Shown in pieces: positions 29,588 through 39,142 of a DNA stretch of 64,000 bases. The position numbers were made by a program, and so were the translations under genes. The stretch comes from Candidatus Cloacimonadales bacterium (GTDB taxonomy: Bacteria > Cloacimonadota > Cloacimonadia > Cloacimonadales > JAIOQZ01): positions 1,664,001 to 1,728,000 of the forward strand of contig OY762463.1 of assembly GCA_963665815.1 (NCBI GenBank). The letters run 5' to 3'. Each line of letters begins with the position of its first letter. Within the stretch, counting starts at the first letter, position 1. Below the pieces are notes generated by a model that saw nothing but the letters and a program-made list of their open reading frames with translations, ran no database searches and was not told the origin of the DNA.

Positions 29588-29623
29588 TGCTACATATTTT
29601 GTAGCACAAGGATTTCTTGTCAA
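29588..29623 (-). promoter_or_regulatory. Promoter (-35 TTGACA) with palindromic operator TGCTACA-N5-TGTAGCA over the -10 region
   Basis: Perfect 7-5-7 palindrome at 29588-29606; TGTCAA at 29618-29623; upstream of tautomerase and hxlR. Confidence 0.55.
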
Positions 29624-29746
29624 TAATTTTTTTGATACGTTGGAGCTTTGCAGGACTTGTATTGTTAAGACTAGTTTCCTGAGGATGTGAATTGTTATAG
29701 ACCGTAGATCGTGACAGGCTTTATTTTACTATTCGACATAAACAAC

Positions 29747-29877
29747 CTGAGTCAAACATCCGGTTGCCTCTACGAGATTGGAGAACCTGTTCAAGTTTTG
29801 ACGGACATTGTTCTCCCTGGATGTGTTCCTTTAGAACCATCCACAGGGAGATGTCGACAGAATGGAGACAGAGAGTT
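29747..29877 (-). repeat. REP/BIME-like dispersed element, copy 2
   Basis: Reverse-complement homolog of 7621-7746. Confidence 0.7.
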
Positions 29878-30100
29878 AAACAGGAACATTGCCACAGTCA
29901 ATGTACTCCGAAAATAGCTTCTTCTCAACATCAAAATCATCTATAATCGTAAAATCCTGCAATACAGCCAATTCCCCTCTATAAAGAGGAGTAATTCATT
30001 TCAAATTGAAATGAATTGGGGTGTGTATGGGACTTAACATCACACCATTTAGACGGATTTTCCAACAATTCTAAGGGTGATTGAGGGTGATCCACAATCC

Positions 30101-30697
30101 TTACATCGTAATCACATTATGTGATGTCAGAATCTCAACGATTGAATACATATTGGAGATCTCACCCACTTCAAGCTGATCTTTCATCTCAAAGAAATCC
30201 AGGCAAGTTCCGCAGCAGACAATTCTTACACCTTGTTCATCCAGTTTCTTGATATTCTCAACTGTTTCTGCACCGGATACACAAGTAAGTACTCCACCAT
30301 TCATAAACACAATATACGAAGGCTTATCATCCATAGTTGTAAGTGTATAGAAGAAAGCGTTCATCAGCTTTTTACCGAGAATCTGAGAACCGGAACCAAT
30401 AGCTTCGGAGTTAATGAATACAGCAGTATCCTGATAATTGATGTTAGTACAACCACAAGCTTCAACTTCTTCAGTCTTTGCTTCACCTTTGGAAGCACTG
30501 ATGTAGAAATCACCGTCTTTTTCTTCTGTAGCAGTAACATTCACATTGCGGTTATTGAGAAATCTTACAACATTGTTCTTAGCTACTTCATTATCAACAA
30601 TAACCTGAAATTCTGTACTTTCTTTATTCTCTACTTCTTTTTTGGTTAAAACTACAGGCTGCGGACAGGCAAGTCCTCTCCCATCAACAATTTTCAT
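30101..30697 (-). CDS. yedF: Sulfurtransferase-like selenium metabolism protein YedF (TusA + DsrE domains)
   Basis: DGRGLACPQPV, VDN..A..NV.RF, G..LM..F, CGTCLDF, GEISNMY.I. Confidence 0.88.
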   Translation of the reverse strand: MKIVDGRGLACPQPVVLTKKEVENKESTEFQVIVDNEVAKNNVVRFLNNRNVNVTATEEKDGDFYISASKGEAKTEEVEACGCTNINYQDTAVFINSEAIGSGSQILGKKLMNAFFYTLTTMDDKPSYIVFMNGGVLTCVSGAETVENIKKLDEQGVRIVCCGTCLDFFEMKDQLEVGEISNMYSIVEILTSHNVITM

Positions 30698-30945
30698 TTT
30701 TCCTCCAATATATATTGATTATCTTTAAATTCAAAAATTTCGGAAACATCTGCATCATTAAGTACAGATTTAAGTTCTTTTTTTTTTATGTACAGCAGTA
30801 AAGAAAATCCACACTCCGAGCTGATCTCACGCGGTGTTGGTATCATTTTCAGTTTAAAGCCACCGGATTTAAGTATACTTTCACATTGCATTGCTTTATG
30901 CACAGTCGTAAAGGTCAGTAGAAAGGTGTTTACATCAACAGTCAT
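30694..30945 (-). CDS. DUF3343 protein
   Basis: F.TVH.AM..E..L, IPTPREISSECG.SL. Confidence 0.85.
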   Translation of the reverse strand: MTVDVNTFLLTFTTVHKAMQCESILKSGGFKLKMIPTPREISSECGFSLLLYIKKKELKSVLNDADVSEIFEFKDNQYILEEK

Positions 30946-32074
30946 AATGTTTCAAAACTGCAAACAGTTCATCGATTTCCTCAAATGTGTTGAAGAAACC
31001 AAGACTGACTCTGATTGTACCACCCTGGTCGAATGTACCAAGAGCTTTATGGGCAAGCGGAGCACAATGCAGACCCATGCGGGAAGCAATTTCTTTTTCA
31101 TCCAGAATTCCGATCAGCTCCGTAATACTCATATTTGCGGGAGTCAAAGAAAACACTCCTGCCTGCTTCTGTACATTCAGACAGCTATGGATTATAGTAT
31201 TCTCAAGATTATCAAGGCATTCTATAAAATGCTTTATTAAGGCTATTTTGTGTTTTCGTATAACATTAATACCTATATCAAGAATAAACTCCAGGGATGT
31301 ATTAAGCCCAACTATTCCTGTTGTATTCGGTGTGCCGGCTTCAAACATATCAGGCATGATTTCTGGATGCTTGATTGATTCGGAATTACTGCCTGTTCCA
31401 CCTGTAAGAAAAGCCTCAGGAATTGTTTCTGAGTTCAAAACCATTACTCCGGTTCCGGTTGGTCCCAGCAATCCTTTATGTCCGGAACTACAGACAACAT
31501 CAGCTTTTACATCCTGTAGATCAAGAGGATAGCTCCCCATTAACTGAGATGCATCCAGAATAGAAATGACTCCGTATTCACGGCAACGGTCTACCATTTC
31601 CTTAAATGGCATAATGTTGCCGGTAACATTTGAACACGCTGTAAATACTGCAACCTGCGGTTTTTGCTTGAGGAGGTTCTCAAAATCAGTCAGTTCCGGA
31701 AAATAATCCTCATCATAAGCAGTATAACTGACTTTAATATTCCTGGTTCTCCTCAGATATTCCAATGGCCTCAGCACGGAATTATGCTCAAAGTGTGTCG
31801 TTACAACATGGTCGTTCTCCTTAACCAACCCATGAATAGCCATGTTCAGTGCATGGGTGGCATTATTGGTGAATATCACTCGATCGCTCTTATCTGCGTT
31901 CAACAGTTTTCTGATATTCTCTCTTGCCTGAAACACTGTTCTGGAAATTTCGATAGCATTGCTATAAGAGGCTCTACCCACGTTTGAACAACTTGTCTTG
32001 AGATAATTAAATACGTTTTCGGCAACAAAAGGTGCTTTGGGAAACGAAGTTGCCGCATTATCGAAATAGATCAT
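30935..32074 (-). CDS. Cysteine desulfurase / selenocysteine lyase family (class V aminotransferase)
   Basis: IYFDNAATSFPK, EHNSV.RPL, SGHKGLLGP.GTG, R.GLHCAPLAH. Confidence 0.92.
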   Translation of the reverse strand: MIYFDNAATSFPKAPFVAENVFNYLKTSCSNVGRASYSNAIEISRTVFQARENIRKLLNADKSDRVIFTNNATHALNMAIHGLVKENDHVVTTHFEHNSVLRPLEYLRRTRNIKVSYTAYDEDYFPELTDFENLLKQKPQVAVFTACSNVTGNIMPFKEMVDRCREYGVISILDASQLMGSYPLDLQDVKADVVCSSGHKGLLGPTGTGVMVLNSETIPEAFLTGGTGSNSESIKHPEIMPDMFEAGTPNTTGIVGLNTSLEFILDIGINVIRKHKIALIKHFIECLDNLENTIIHSCLNVQKQAGVFSLTPANMSITELIGILDEKEIASRMGLHCAPLAHKALGTFDQGGTIRVSLGFFNTFEEIDELFAVLKHYDC

Positions 32075-32081
32075 TTTAACC

Positions 32082-34373
32082 TCACTTCTCAGAAGGTACT
32101 ACAATACCTTTGATGATTATGTTCTGGAAGAAAACAAACACAAAGAAAGTTGGAATCGCAGCAATTACAAGAGCTGCAAATCCTACACCCGCAGAACTCC
32201 TCTGCATAAGCTGATAGATATGAACCATAATCGTCCACATTTCAGAGTCCTGACACACAATAAAAGCAAACATAAAATTTCTATAGGCTGCATTAAAAGC
32301 TCCAAGAGCTATAACTGCCATAATTGGTTTAGATAGTTTCATGGCAAATTGCCAGAAAATCCTGAATTCTCCTGCTCCATCGATGTTAGCGCTCTCGAAA
32401 ATCTCTTTCGGAAGAGAATCAAAGAATCCTTTCAGCAGGAATATAAAATATCCATCTGCTGCTCCCGGGAGAATCAATGCCCAGAATGTATTGAGAAAAT
32501 TCAGTTTCTTCAGCAGAATGAAGTTCGGTATCCCCATCACCATTGGAGGGAATGCCATTGTCAGCATAAATATAAGTATAAACTTGTATGTCCCGGGTAA
32601 CTTGAATCTACTCATGGAGTAAGCTGCCAACGGATTGACCACCAGAGCTGTCAGTATTGCCAGGAAACAGTATATCAGTGTATTAAATACGGCTCTTCCG
32701 CTGAACAACATCACATCAAGAACCATAGCATAATTACGAATCAGAAACTCACGTTTTATCTCACCTTTGTTTTCCATAAAAAGGAAATGATCGAAGTTAA
32801 AGTTATCTACCTGTATATCATCAAAATTGGAATACTTAAGACCATAGTTTGTGTTTAACACATTAATCGTTGCATACTTGTCTGCAAGAAATTGTTTCCA
32901 GTTTGATTCTTCTGCTTTAGTTTTTACAGTCAGGAACTTTCCTGATCCCTTAGCTGCGATATATTTTTTGAAAAGGCTTTTGTCTTTCTCGAAAACAGCT
33001 TTTGGATGTACATTTGTCAGAGCTTTGTAGTTCAACCCACTTGTTTTATTCAACTGAGTTAACACATCCTTATCTTCATCTGTATCATACAGTTTTTTAA
33101 GGAACTGATGAAAATTCTGCTGTGCTTCCGGCTTTACGGATATGTTACTGATATCGGCTTGTTGACGTATAAAATCAACCCAGTCCTGTTTGTAATTTAA
33201 ATTCTCTGATGGAATCTCTTCCGGTAAACTAACACTAGAAAAAGTTGTATATGCTACTGAGTTTTCAGTCTCAAAGTTTTGTATAGTACCATATTTCTTT
33301 TCTAACCAGTCTCTGAACGCAAAATTCACATGCTGAAGCTGGAACTGCTCAGGCATAGCAATATGAGAAATAAAATGGACATAGTCCTGCAGCTGAGATT
33401 CAGCACAGTTTCTCACATCAGGAAACACTATATCCTCGAATGAATAAATCTCAATATCATACACTTTGGAGATAACTTCAGTACTTCCGTACTTGTCTTT
33501 CAAGTAGTTTCGGAACTCAGGCAAAGCTTCATCTTTCACATTAATGAATATTGGATTGAGGTAGTTCTTCACAAAACTGATCCAGTGATCTTTCAGTTCA
33601 TTGTCTGGTACTTCCCTGCTTAGAACAATCTGACTCCATGATTTGAAGTCTGTACCCAGCTTTTCATTCATGCCAGCAAGATCATCCCCATAAATCGGAT
33701 AAAGTTCTCGGAGAATAAAATCACCATCCAGGTCAAAGTATATCTTATAATCAAGTTTAAGATTTTTTTTAAATTTATTAAACGCCTCATACATACCGGC
33801 AGCATTAAAATTGTAGTTACGAGATGATATCTGTCGCTCTTCTATAATTACTTCATCCCAGGTTATAGCATCGGAATTGTACTTTTCATTGAACTTTAGG
33901 ATATCACCACCTGACTCGGTTTTCATCTTCTTTCTGAATACTCTTTCATTCCTTGTATATACTCCCCTTCCATGCTGTTCTTGAGAGTAATATTCTGCAG
34001 CATCTGAAGATTCATCATATTCAGTCAAAAACTCTTTCCAGTTCTCGTAGAAGTTATGGTTTGTGATTTCCGGAGAGTTTACATGAAAGAAATCAGGAAA
34101 TCTTCCTTTGTACTGAGTTTTCAGTATGTTAATTTCCTCATTATATCTTGCTTCAACAAACTTTTTGTACAGTACTTCGTTATTATAGAAATACTTTGGA
34201 ACAATGCTCATGTTCTTGGAGTCAACATTACTCTTGAAAGATGCAGAAAGCATTATCAGGAACGGATAAATCATTGTGATTGCACCAAGCAAAAGCACAA
34301 TATGTATAGACGAATTCAGTGCTTTATATGAAAATTTCTTCTTACCAACTTTTCCTATGATAGCCATAATCAA
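32082..34373 (-). CDS. Carbohydrate ABC permease (MalG-type) with a large repeated extracytoplasmic insertion
   Basis: N-terminal YPFLIML; C-terminal TM domain with EAA loop FFDSLPKEIFESANIDGA; about 500-aa insert with F..WL..KYG.I..LN..YG-like repeats. Confidence 0.88.
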   Translation of the reverse strand: MIMAIIGKVGKKKFSYKALNSSIHIVLLLGAITMIYPFLIMLSASFKSNVDSKNMSIVPKYFYNNEVLYKKFVEARYNEEINILKTQYKGRFPDFFHVNSPEITNHNFYENWKEFLTEYDESSDAAEYYSQEQHGRGVYTRNERVFRKKMKTESGGDILKFNEKYNSDAITWDEVIIEERQISSRNYNFNAAGMYEAFNKFKKNLKLDYKIYFDLDGDFILRELYPIYGDDLAGMNEKLGTDFKSWSQIVLSREVPDNELKDHWISFVKNYLNPIFINVKDEALPEFRNYLKDKYGSTEVISKVYDIEIYSFEDIVFPDVRNCAESQLQDYVHFISHIAMPEQFQLQHVNFAFRDWLEKKYGTIQNFETENSVAYTTFSSVSLPEEIPSENLNYKQDWVDFIRQQADISNISVKPEAQQNFHQFLKKLYDTDEDKDVLTQLNKTSGLNYKALTNVHPKAVFEKDKSLFKKYIAAKGSGKFLTVKTKAEESNWKQFLADKYATINVLNTNYGLKYSNFDDIQVDNFNFDHFLFMENKGEIKREFLIRNYAMVLDVMLFSGRAVFNTLIYCFLAILTALVVNPLAAYSMSRFKLPGTYKFILIFMLTMAFPPMVMGIPNFILLKKLNFLNTFWALILPGAADGYFIFLLKGFFDSLPKEIFESANIDGAGEFRIFWQFAMKLSKPIMAVIALGAFNAAYRNFMFAFIVCQDSEMWTIMVHIYQLMQRSSAGVGFAALVIAAIPTFFVFVFFQNIIIKGIVVPSEK

Positions 34374-34375
34374 CC

Positions 34376-36817
34376 TTAATCGGAATTAACCGTTTTAAAT
34401 TCCATTTTTGATATTTTTCTTAACTGGATTATAGTGAAGCCCATAAGCATTATACCAAGCATCCATGCCATTGTTGTAGCAACGCCAAACTTGAGATACA
34501 GATAAGCTTTTTCGAATATAAGCAGGTCAGCAACCTTTGTAGCTTCGTTCGGACCACCTGCGGTCATTACAAGAATAAATCCACTCTGCTGTGCAGATGC
34601 AATAAATGCTGCTATAAACTGTATTATAATAAGGGACTTGAGACTTGGCACAACAATGAACCTGATCTTCTGAAAAAAAGTTGCTCCGTCAATATCTGCT
34701 GCCTCGTAATTTTCATCAGGAATTCCCTTGAGTGCTGCGAGGTAAATCAAACACCCCGGCCCTACTCCTGCCCAGATTGTAGGCAGTATACATAATACCA
34801 TTGCCAGTGACTCGTCCTTTATCCACTTACTTGATTCGAAACCAAGTGCAAGCAGAATCTGGTTTAATCCCCCGGCATCGGACGGATCATACAGCAGTTT
34901 CCACAAATATATAACAATTACACCGCTTATAACAGCAGGTAAATAATATATCAACCTATAGAGTATCTTACCGTGAGACACTTCCTGAAGCATGATTGCC
35001 AGAATAATTGGAGGAACAAAACCAAGTCCCAGAGATAGAATCATATATTGCAATGTTCGCCATAGAGAACTCCACCATACTGAATCAAAAAGGACATCAG
35101 CGAAGTTCTGGAGTCCTATCCATTCCGAGTTTCCAACTACCTGATAATCCTGAAAAGCCATCATTGAACCCATGAGCATGGGTATGTATTTCCACAGAAG
35201 AATTGAGCCGACAGCCGGTATAATCATCAGATAGGCAATAACGAGAAATTTATTGTTCTTTCTCTTACTCTGGTAAGCCGGTTTATGGTCAAATGTCTTC
35301 CAGGCAAGCACAAGTGCAGTAGTGAAGAATATCATAATAAAAATTGCCACAAATACAGCTATACTGTTTCTCTTTTTTCTTTCTTCGGGAGATATTGTCC
35401 CGATCATCTTTTCATTAGTTCTATTAACTGCTGCATCCAGAATTTCTTTTATCTTAGCTCTCTTTTCTTCTCTGGTATCACCCAGTTGTCCTTTTTGTTC
35501 AAGAGCTATACAATCATCTATCGGATATGTCATAAACTCGTAAACCTTCTGACAATTCCTGCCGTAAGGTTCCGGTTTACCATTGTTTATAGATTCCTCA
35601 AATGTCCTGAACCAGCCTTCCGGTACAAAACGCAGAACTTCATCATAACCATACTTCTTTAAGTAAAGTGGATTCTGCATTCTACCGTATCCGGCTTCTA
35701 TCATAACCTTAAGACGTATTTTTCGTGCTTCTTCACTGTCGTAAAAATGAATGAATTTCCAGGCAGCCTCTCGAACTTCAAACGGATCCCTGTCACCCAA
35801 TCCTGAATTATTTGATATTCCTGCTCCTGCAAAAATCCCCATCATACGGCAGTTAATCTCAGAACCTCTGTCACCATGGGGTCCTGCAGGAGGTGGAGCA
35901 AGCCCATATAAATCAGGATCAATATTACCACCCAGACTCTTCTCATTCATATAGCTCATCTGCATGGCTATTTTACCATCGTCCCACATTCTGCCCCAGT
36001 CACCTTCTCTGATTACAAAACCTTCCTGATCCCTACCGTAAGAGTCTTTCCATTTGGTTGTGTTCAACTTCAGATAATACTCAAGAGCATCTACGCCTGC
36101 TTCCGAATTAAAAGTTGCCTCCCAATTGTCAGTTCCGGGAATTCTTGTTACGGCTCTCCCCCCTGCTGACCAGAGATAAGTAATCCAGTCATAAGCTGCC
36201 TGTGGACCTGAAGCCAGATGCATTCCGTAAATACCTTCATGAGGTATTGTCAGTTGCCGGGCATACCTGTACATTTCATCCCAGTTATCAGGAGGAGAGT
36301 CAGGATCAAGTCCGACTCTGGCAAAAAGGTCTTTTCTATACATAAGAACTCTCACAAGTGTCTCATAAGGAAACGCCCAGATATGTTCTTCATTATCTTT
36401 TTTTCGTTTTATAACAGGCCAGACAGGATCAGCTACCCGACCTTCCAGTTCTTCCTCCGGCACTCTCTTCACAAATTCATCCAGAGGATAAAGGAAGTTG
36501 TTCTGGATATATGTATCAGACTGTCGAAAGTTCACATATATCACATCAGGAGATACTCCACCTGCAATAGCCATTAACGGACCGGCATCCATGTTCAGGT
36601 CTTCAATCTGTATTCCTGAGAATGACTTAAGTTCTATGTGTGGATATTTTTCCTTGAATGCTCTTACAACAGCCTTTTCAGCTCTGCTGTAAGCATCAGT
36701 GGCTTTGGGGTCAGGTAATTTGAAGACTTTAAGTGTTATGGGATTTTGTCCCCATATAAAATTGATATTAGCAATGAAAATGAGAAAAATTATGATGGGT
36801 AATTTTAAATATCTCAA
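34376..36817 (-). CDS. Fused extracellular solute-binding protein + MalF-type permease
   Basis: Signal peptide; SBP_bac_1 motifs (LMYRKDLF..VG..P..PP.NWDE); C-terminal WIGLQNF and IP..YEAADIDGA. Confidence 0.88.
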   Translation of the reverse strand: MRYLKLPIIIFLIFIANINFIWGQNPITLKVFKLPDPKATDAYSRAEKAVVRAFKEKYPHIELKSFSGIQIEDLNMDAGPLMAIAGGVSPDVIYVNFRQSDTYIQNNFLYPLDEFVKRVPEEELEGRVADPVWPVIKRKKDNEEHIWAFPYETLVRVLMYRKDLFARVGLDPDSPPDNWDEMYRYARQLTIPHEGIYGMHLASGPQAAYDWITYLWSAGGRAVTRIPGTDNWEATFNSEAGVDALEYYLKLNTTKWKDSYGRDQEGFVIREGDWGRMWDDGKIAMQMSYMNEKSLGGNIDPDLYGLAPPPAGPHGDRGSEINCRMMGIFAGAGISNNSGLGDRDPFEVREAAWKFIHFYDSEEARKIRLKVMIEAGYGRMQNPLYLKKYGYDEVLRFVPEGWFRTFEESINNGKPEPYGRNCQKVYEFMTYPIDDCIALEQKGQLGDTREEKRAKIKEILDAAVNRTNEKMIGTISPEERKKRNSIAVFVAIFIMIFFTTALVLAWKTFDHKPAYQSKRKNNKFLVIAYLMIIPAVGSILLWKYIPMLMGSMMAFQDYQVVGNSEWIGLQNFADVLFDSVWWSSLWRTLQYMILSLGLGFVPPIILAIMLQEVSHGKILYRLIYYLPAVISGVIVIYLWKLLYDPSDAGGLNQILLALGFESSKWIKDESLAMVLCILPTIWAGVGPGCLIYLAALKGIPDENYEAADIDGATFFQKIRFIVVPSLKSLIIIQFIAAFIASAQQSGFILVMTAGGPNEATKVADLLIFEKAYLYLKFGVATTMAWMLGIMLMGFTIIQLRKISKMEFKTVNSD

Positions 36818-36839
36818 TGTATTTCCTTTTATTGCTTAA

Positions 36840-38753
36840 TTAGTGATTTTCGATACGTTTAAATCTCTTCTCCAGTTCTGTCAATGTCATTTTTATTATC
36901 AATGGTCTGCCATGAGGACAAAAATATGGTACTTCACAACTGAATAAGTCATTAATCAAAGCAACCATTTCTTTCTGTGACATTTTCTTACCGGCTTTTA
37001 TTGCAGCCTTGCAGGACACAGATTTTGCCAAACTGTCCCGGAAGTCAGATGTCTCAGAAAATTCATCTTGAAGCTGCTTAATTATATCGATAAAAACTTC
37101 TCCCCCATCCCAGTCTTCCAGTTCTGCAGGTATTTCTTCAATGACAATGGATGATCCACTGAAAGTTTTGAGACTGAATCCAATCTTATGGAAAATCTCA
37201 AGATTCTCGGAAATCAGTTCAGGTACAACATGCTGCAGGATTGGTGGAATATCTATTACAATTGGGAAAAGCAATTTCTGAGTCGGAGCTGGTGCTCCAT
37301 GAATTCTGTGCAGAATTTTTTCATAGAGGATACGCTCATGAGCAGCATGCTGATCAATCATCAACAGACCCTCTTCTATCTGTACAAGCACGTAAGACTG
37401 ATGCAGCTGCCATGGATTTATGAGTTCTTCTTCTTTACTGAGCAGGAAATAGTTCACGTGCTCCTCAGGTCTGTTAACCTGAGCATTCTCAGTAGAAGTA
37501 ATATCTGAGTTATCATCTGTCACAACGGATTTAACATCTGAAGGATAGTTCCTGTATTTTTCGTGGAAAAGATCAGGTTGATAGAGTTTCTGAAAACTAT
37601 CTCTCACATAGTTGTCAAAAACCGGTTTTGTTTCTTTATATTCAACTTTTTTTCTGTATGTATTTATTTCTGCTGCTGAGGGTTTCTCGAACGTAGTCGG
37701 TGATTCAAATTTCTTCTTGATCGACTGGAATTTCTCTTCTTCATAGGACATCAGTGCTTGAGTTATTGCCTGTTTCACAAAACCATGAACTGATTGTGCA
37801 TCTCTGAATCTTATCTCCAGTTTTGCCGGATGAACATTACAGTCAACCTGCTCGGGAGTAATATTGAAAAATAGTATATGAGGAGGAGTCTTGGCATTCT
37901 GGAAAATCCTGATTTTCTTAATGAATGGCTCATAAGCAGCCTTCAGACTGTGCAGCATTATCTTATCTTTGATGTATCTGCCATTGATGAATATATAATG
38001 ATAATCATTCATACCTTCTGTGATTTCTTCCAGACCTTTTATGAAACCGGAAATCTGCATTCCTTCTTTCTCATAGAAGATCTCGAACATATCACGTTTT
38101 TCGAAGTCACTTCCGAAAATACTGAGCATTCTGTGTTTTTTCGTCTGTACAACAGGATAATTAAGTCTGACTTTACCATTGATAATCAGCTTGAAATGAA
38201 CATGAGGATATAGTATTGCCTGATAGTACACATAATTGATAATATGTCTTGCTTCAACCTGTACAGATTTCAGGAATTTTCTTCTCGCAGGTATATTGGC
38301 AAACAATTGACGTACAATTATTGTTGTTCCGGTATTCCCGGATGTCTTGGTGGCATTTCTCATTACACCATTATCAATGTCCACCTGAGTAGCAATATCA
38401 TCTTCCTCAAGTTTGGTTATCAGAGTCATGTTACTGACAGCAGAAATACTTGGAAGTGCTTCTCCTCGGAAACCAAGCGTGCTGATTTTGAAGATGTCCT
38501 CTATCTTACTGATTTTACTGGTTGCATGTCTTTCGAATGATGTGAGAGCATCGTCCTCCGACATTCCACATCCGTTATCAACTACCTGAATAAGTTTTTT
38601 ACCACCATCTTCGATTGCAATTGTTATTGCAGTTGAGCCGGCATCAAGAGAATTTTCAACCAGTTCTTTTACAATTGAAGCCGGTCTTTCAACAACTTCA
38701 CCTGCTGCTATTCTATTTGAAATTTTTTCTGAAAGTATCTTAATTTTATTCAT
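36840..38753 (-). CDS. mutL: DNA mismatch repair endonuclease MutL
   Basis: IAAGEVVERPAS, LGFRGEAL, DQHAAHERI, CKAAIK, CPHGRP. Confidence 0.97.
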   Translation of the reverse strand: MNKIKILSEKISNRIAAGEVVERPASIVKELVENSLDAGSTAITIAIEDGGKKLIQVVDNGCGMSEDDALTSFERHATSKISKIEDIFKISTLGFRGEALPSISAVSNMTLITKLEEDDIATQVDIDNGVMRNATKTSGNTGTTIIVRQLFANIPARRKFLKSVQVEARHIINYVYYQAILYPHVHFKLIINGKVRLNYPVVQTKKHRMLSIFGSDFEKRDMFEIFYEKEGMQISGFIKGLEEITEGMNDYHYIFINGRYIKDKIMLHSLKAAYEPFIKKIRIFQNAKTPPHILFFNITPEQVDCNVHPAKLEIRFRDAQSVHGFVKQAITQALMSYEEEKFQSIKKKFESPTTFEKPSAAEINTYRKKVEYKETKPVFDNYVRDSFQKLYQPDLFHEKYRNYPSDVKSVVTDDNSDITSTENAQVNRPEEHVNYFLLSKEEELINPWQLHQSYVLVQIEEGLLMIDQHAAHERILYEKILHRIHGAPAPTQKLLFPIVIDIPPILQHVVPELISENLEIFHKIGFSLKTFSGSSIVIEEIPAELEDWDGGEVFIDIIKQLQDEFSETSDFRDSLAKSVSCKAAIKAGKKMSQKEMVALINDLFSCEVPYFCPHGRPLIIKMTLTELEKRFKRIENH

Positions 38754-38924
38754 CTGATCCTCAACACAACTTTTATCCTTTGCACAGTTTTGTAAACACT
38801 TTTCTGTACTCAGAAAACGGAAAAGATTTAGTTAACCATGAATAATGTTTCGATGCTCAATTAAAAAAATCAACATTATAATATTAATTTCTTGACAACA
38901 TTGAAAATATAAATACAAATTTAA

Positions 38925-39076
38925 CAGAATTTAACATTATCAAACATTATGAAGCGCACAAGGAAAGTAAAAACATAAATATTTTAGAAACGTTCATTGC
39001 TCTATACCTATAGAGTAATGATCCTCCTAAAGTAGTCGCATGCTGGCCGGTTGTCTCCACAACCGGCTTTTTTTTA
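38925..39076 (+). ncRNA. Candidate small RNA; 5' end approximate
   Basis: TTGACA at 38892 with an imperfect -10 near 38914; no credible ORF; anti-SD ATCCTCCT at 39021-39028; strong terminator. Confidence 0.4.
39046..39076 (+). terminator. Rho-independent terminator with no upstream sense CDS
   Basis: GCCGGTTG-TCTCCA-CAACCGGC followed by T9. Confidence 0.88.
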
Positions 39077-39142
39077 TTTGAAATTTCTTGCCCTTTTATA
39101 TATGGCTGATAATCTGGGATTATTATTAATACAGGTTATAAA

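Noticed and set aside
29711-29946. ORFs 29711-29917 and 29764-29946
   Set aside because: They run across the REP-like element, have no convincing RBS and have no recognisable motif.
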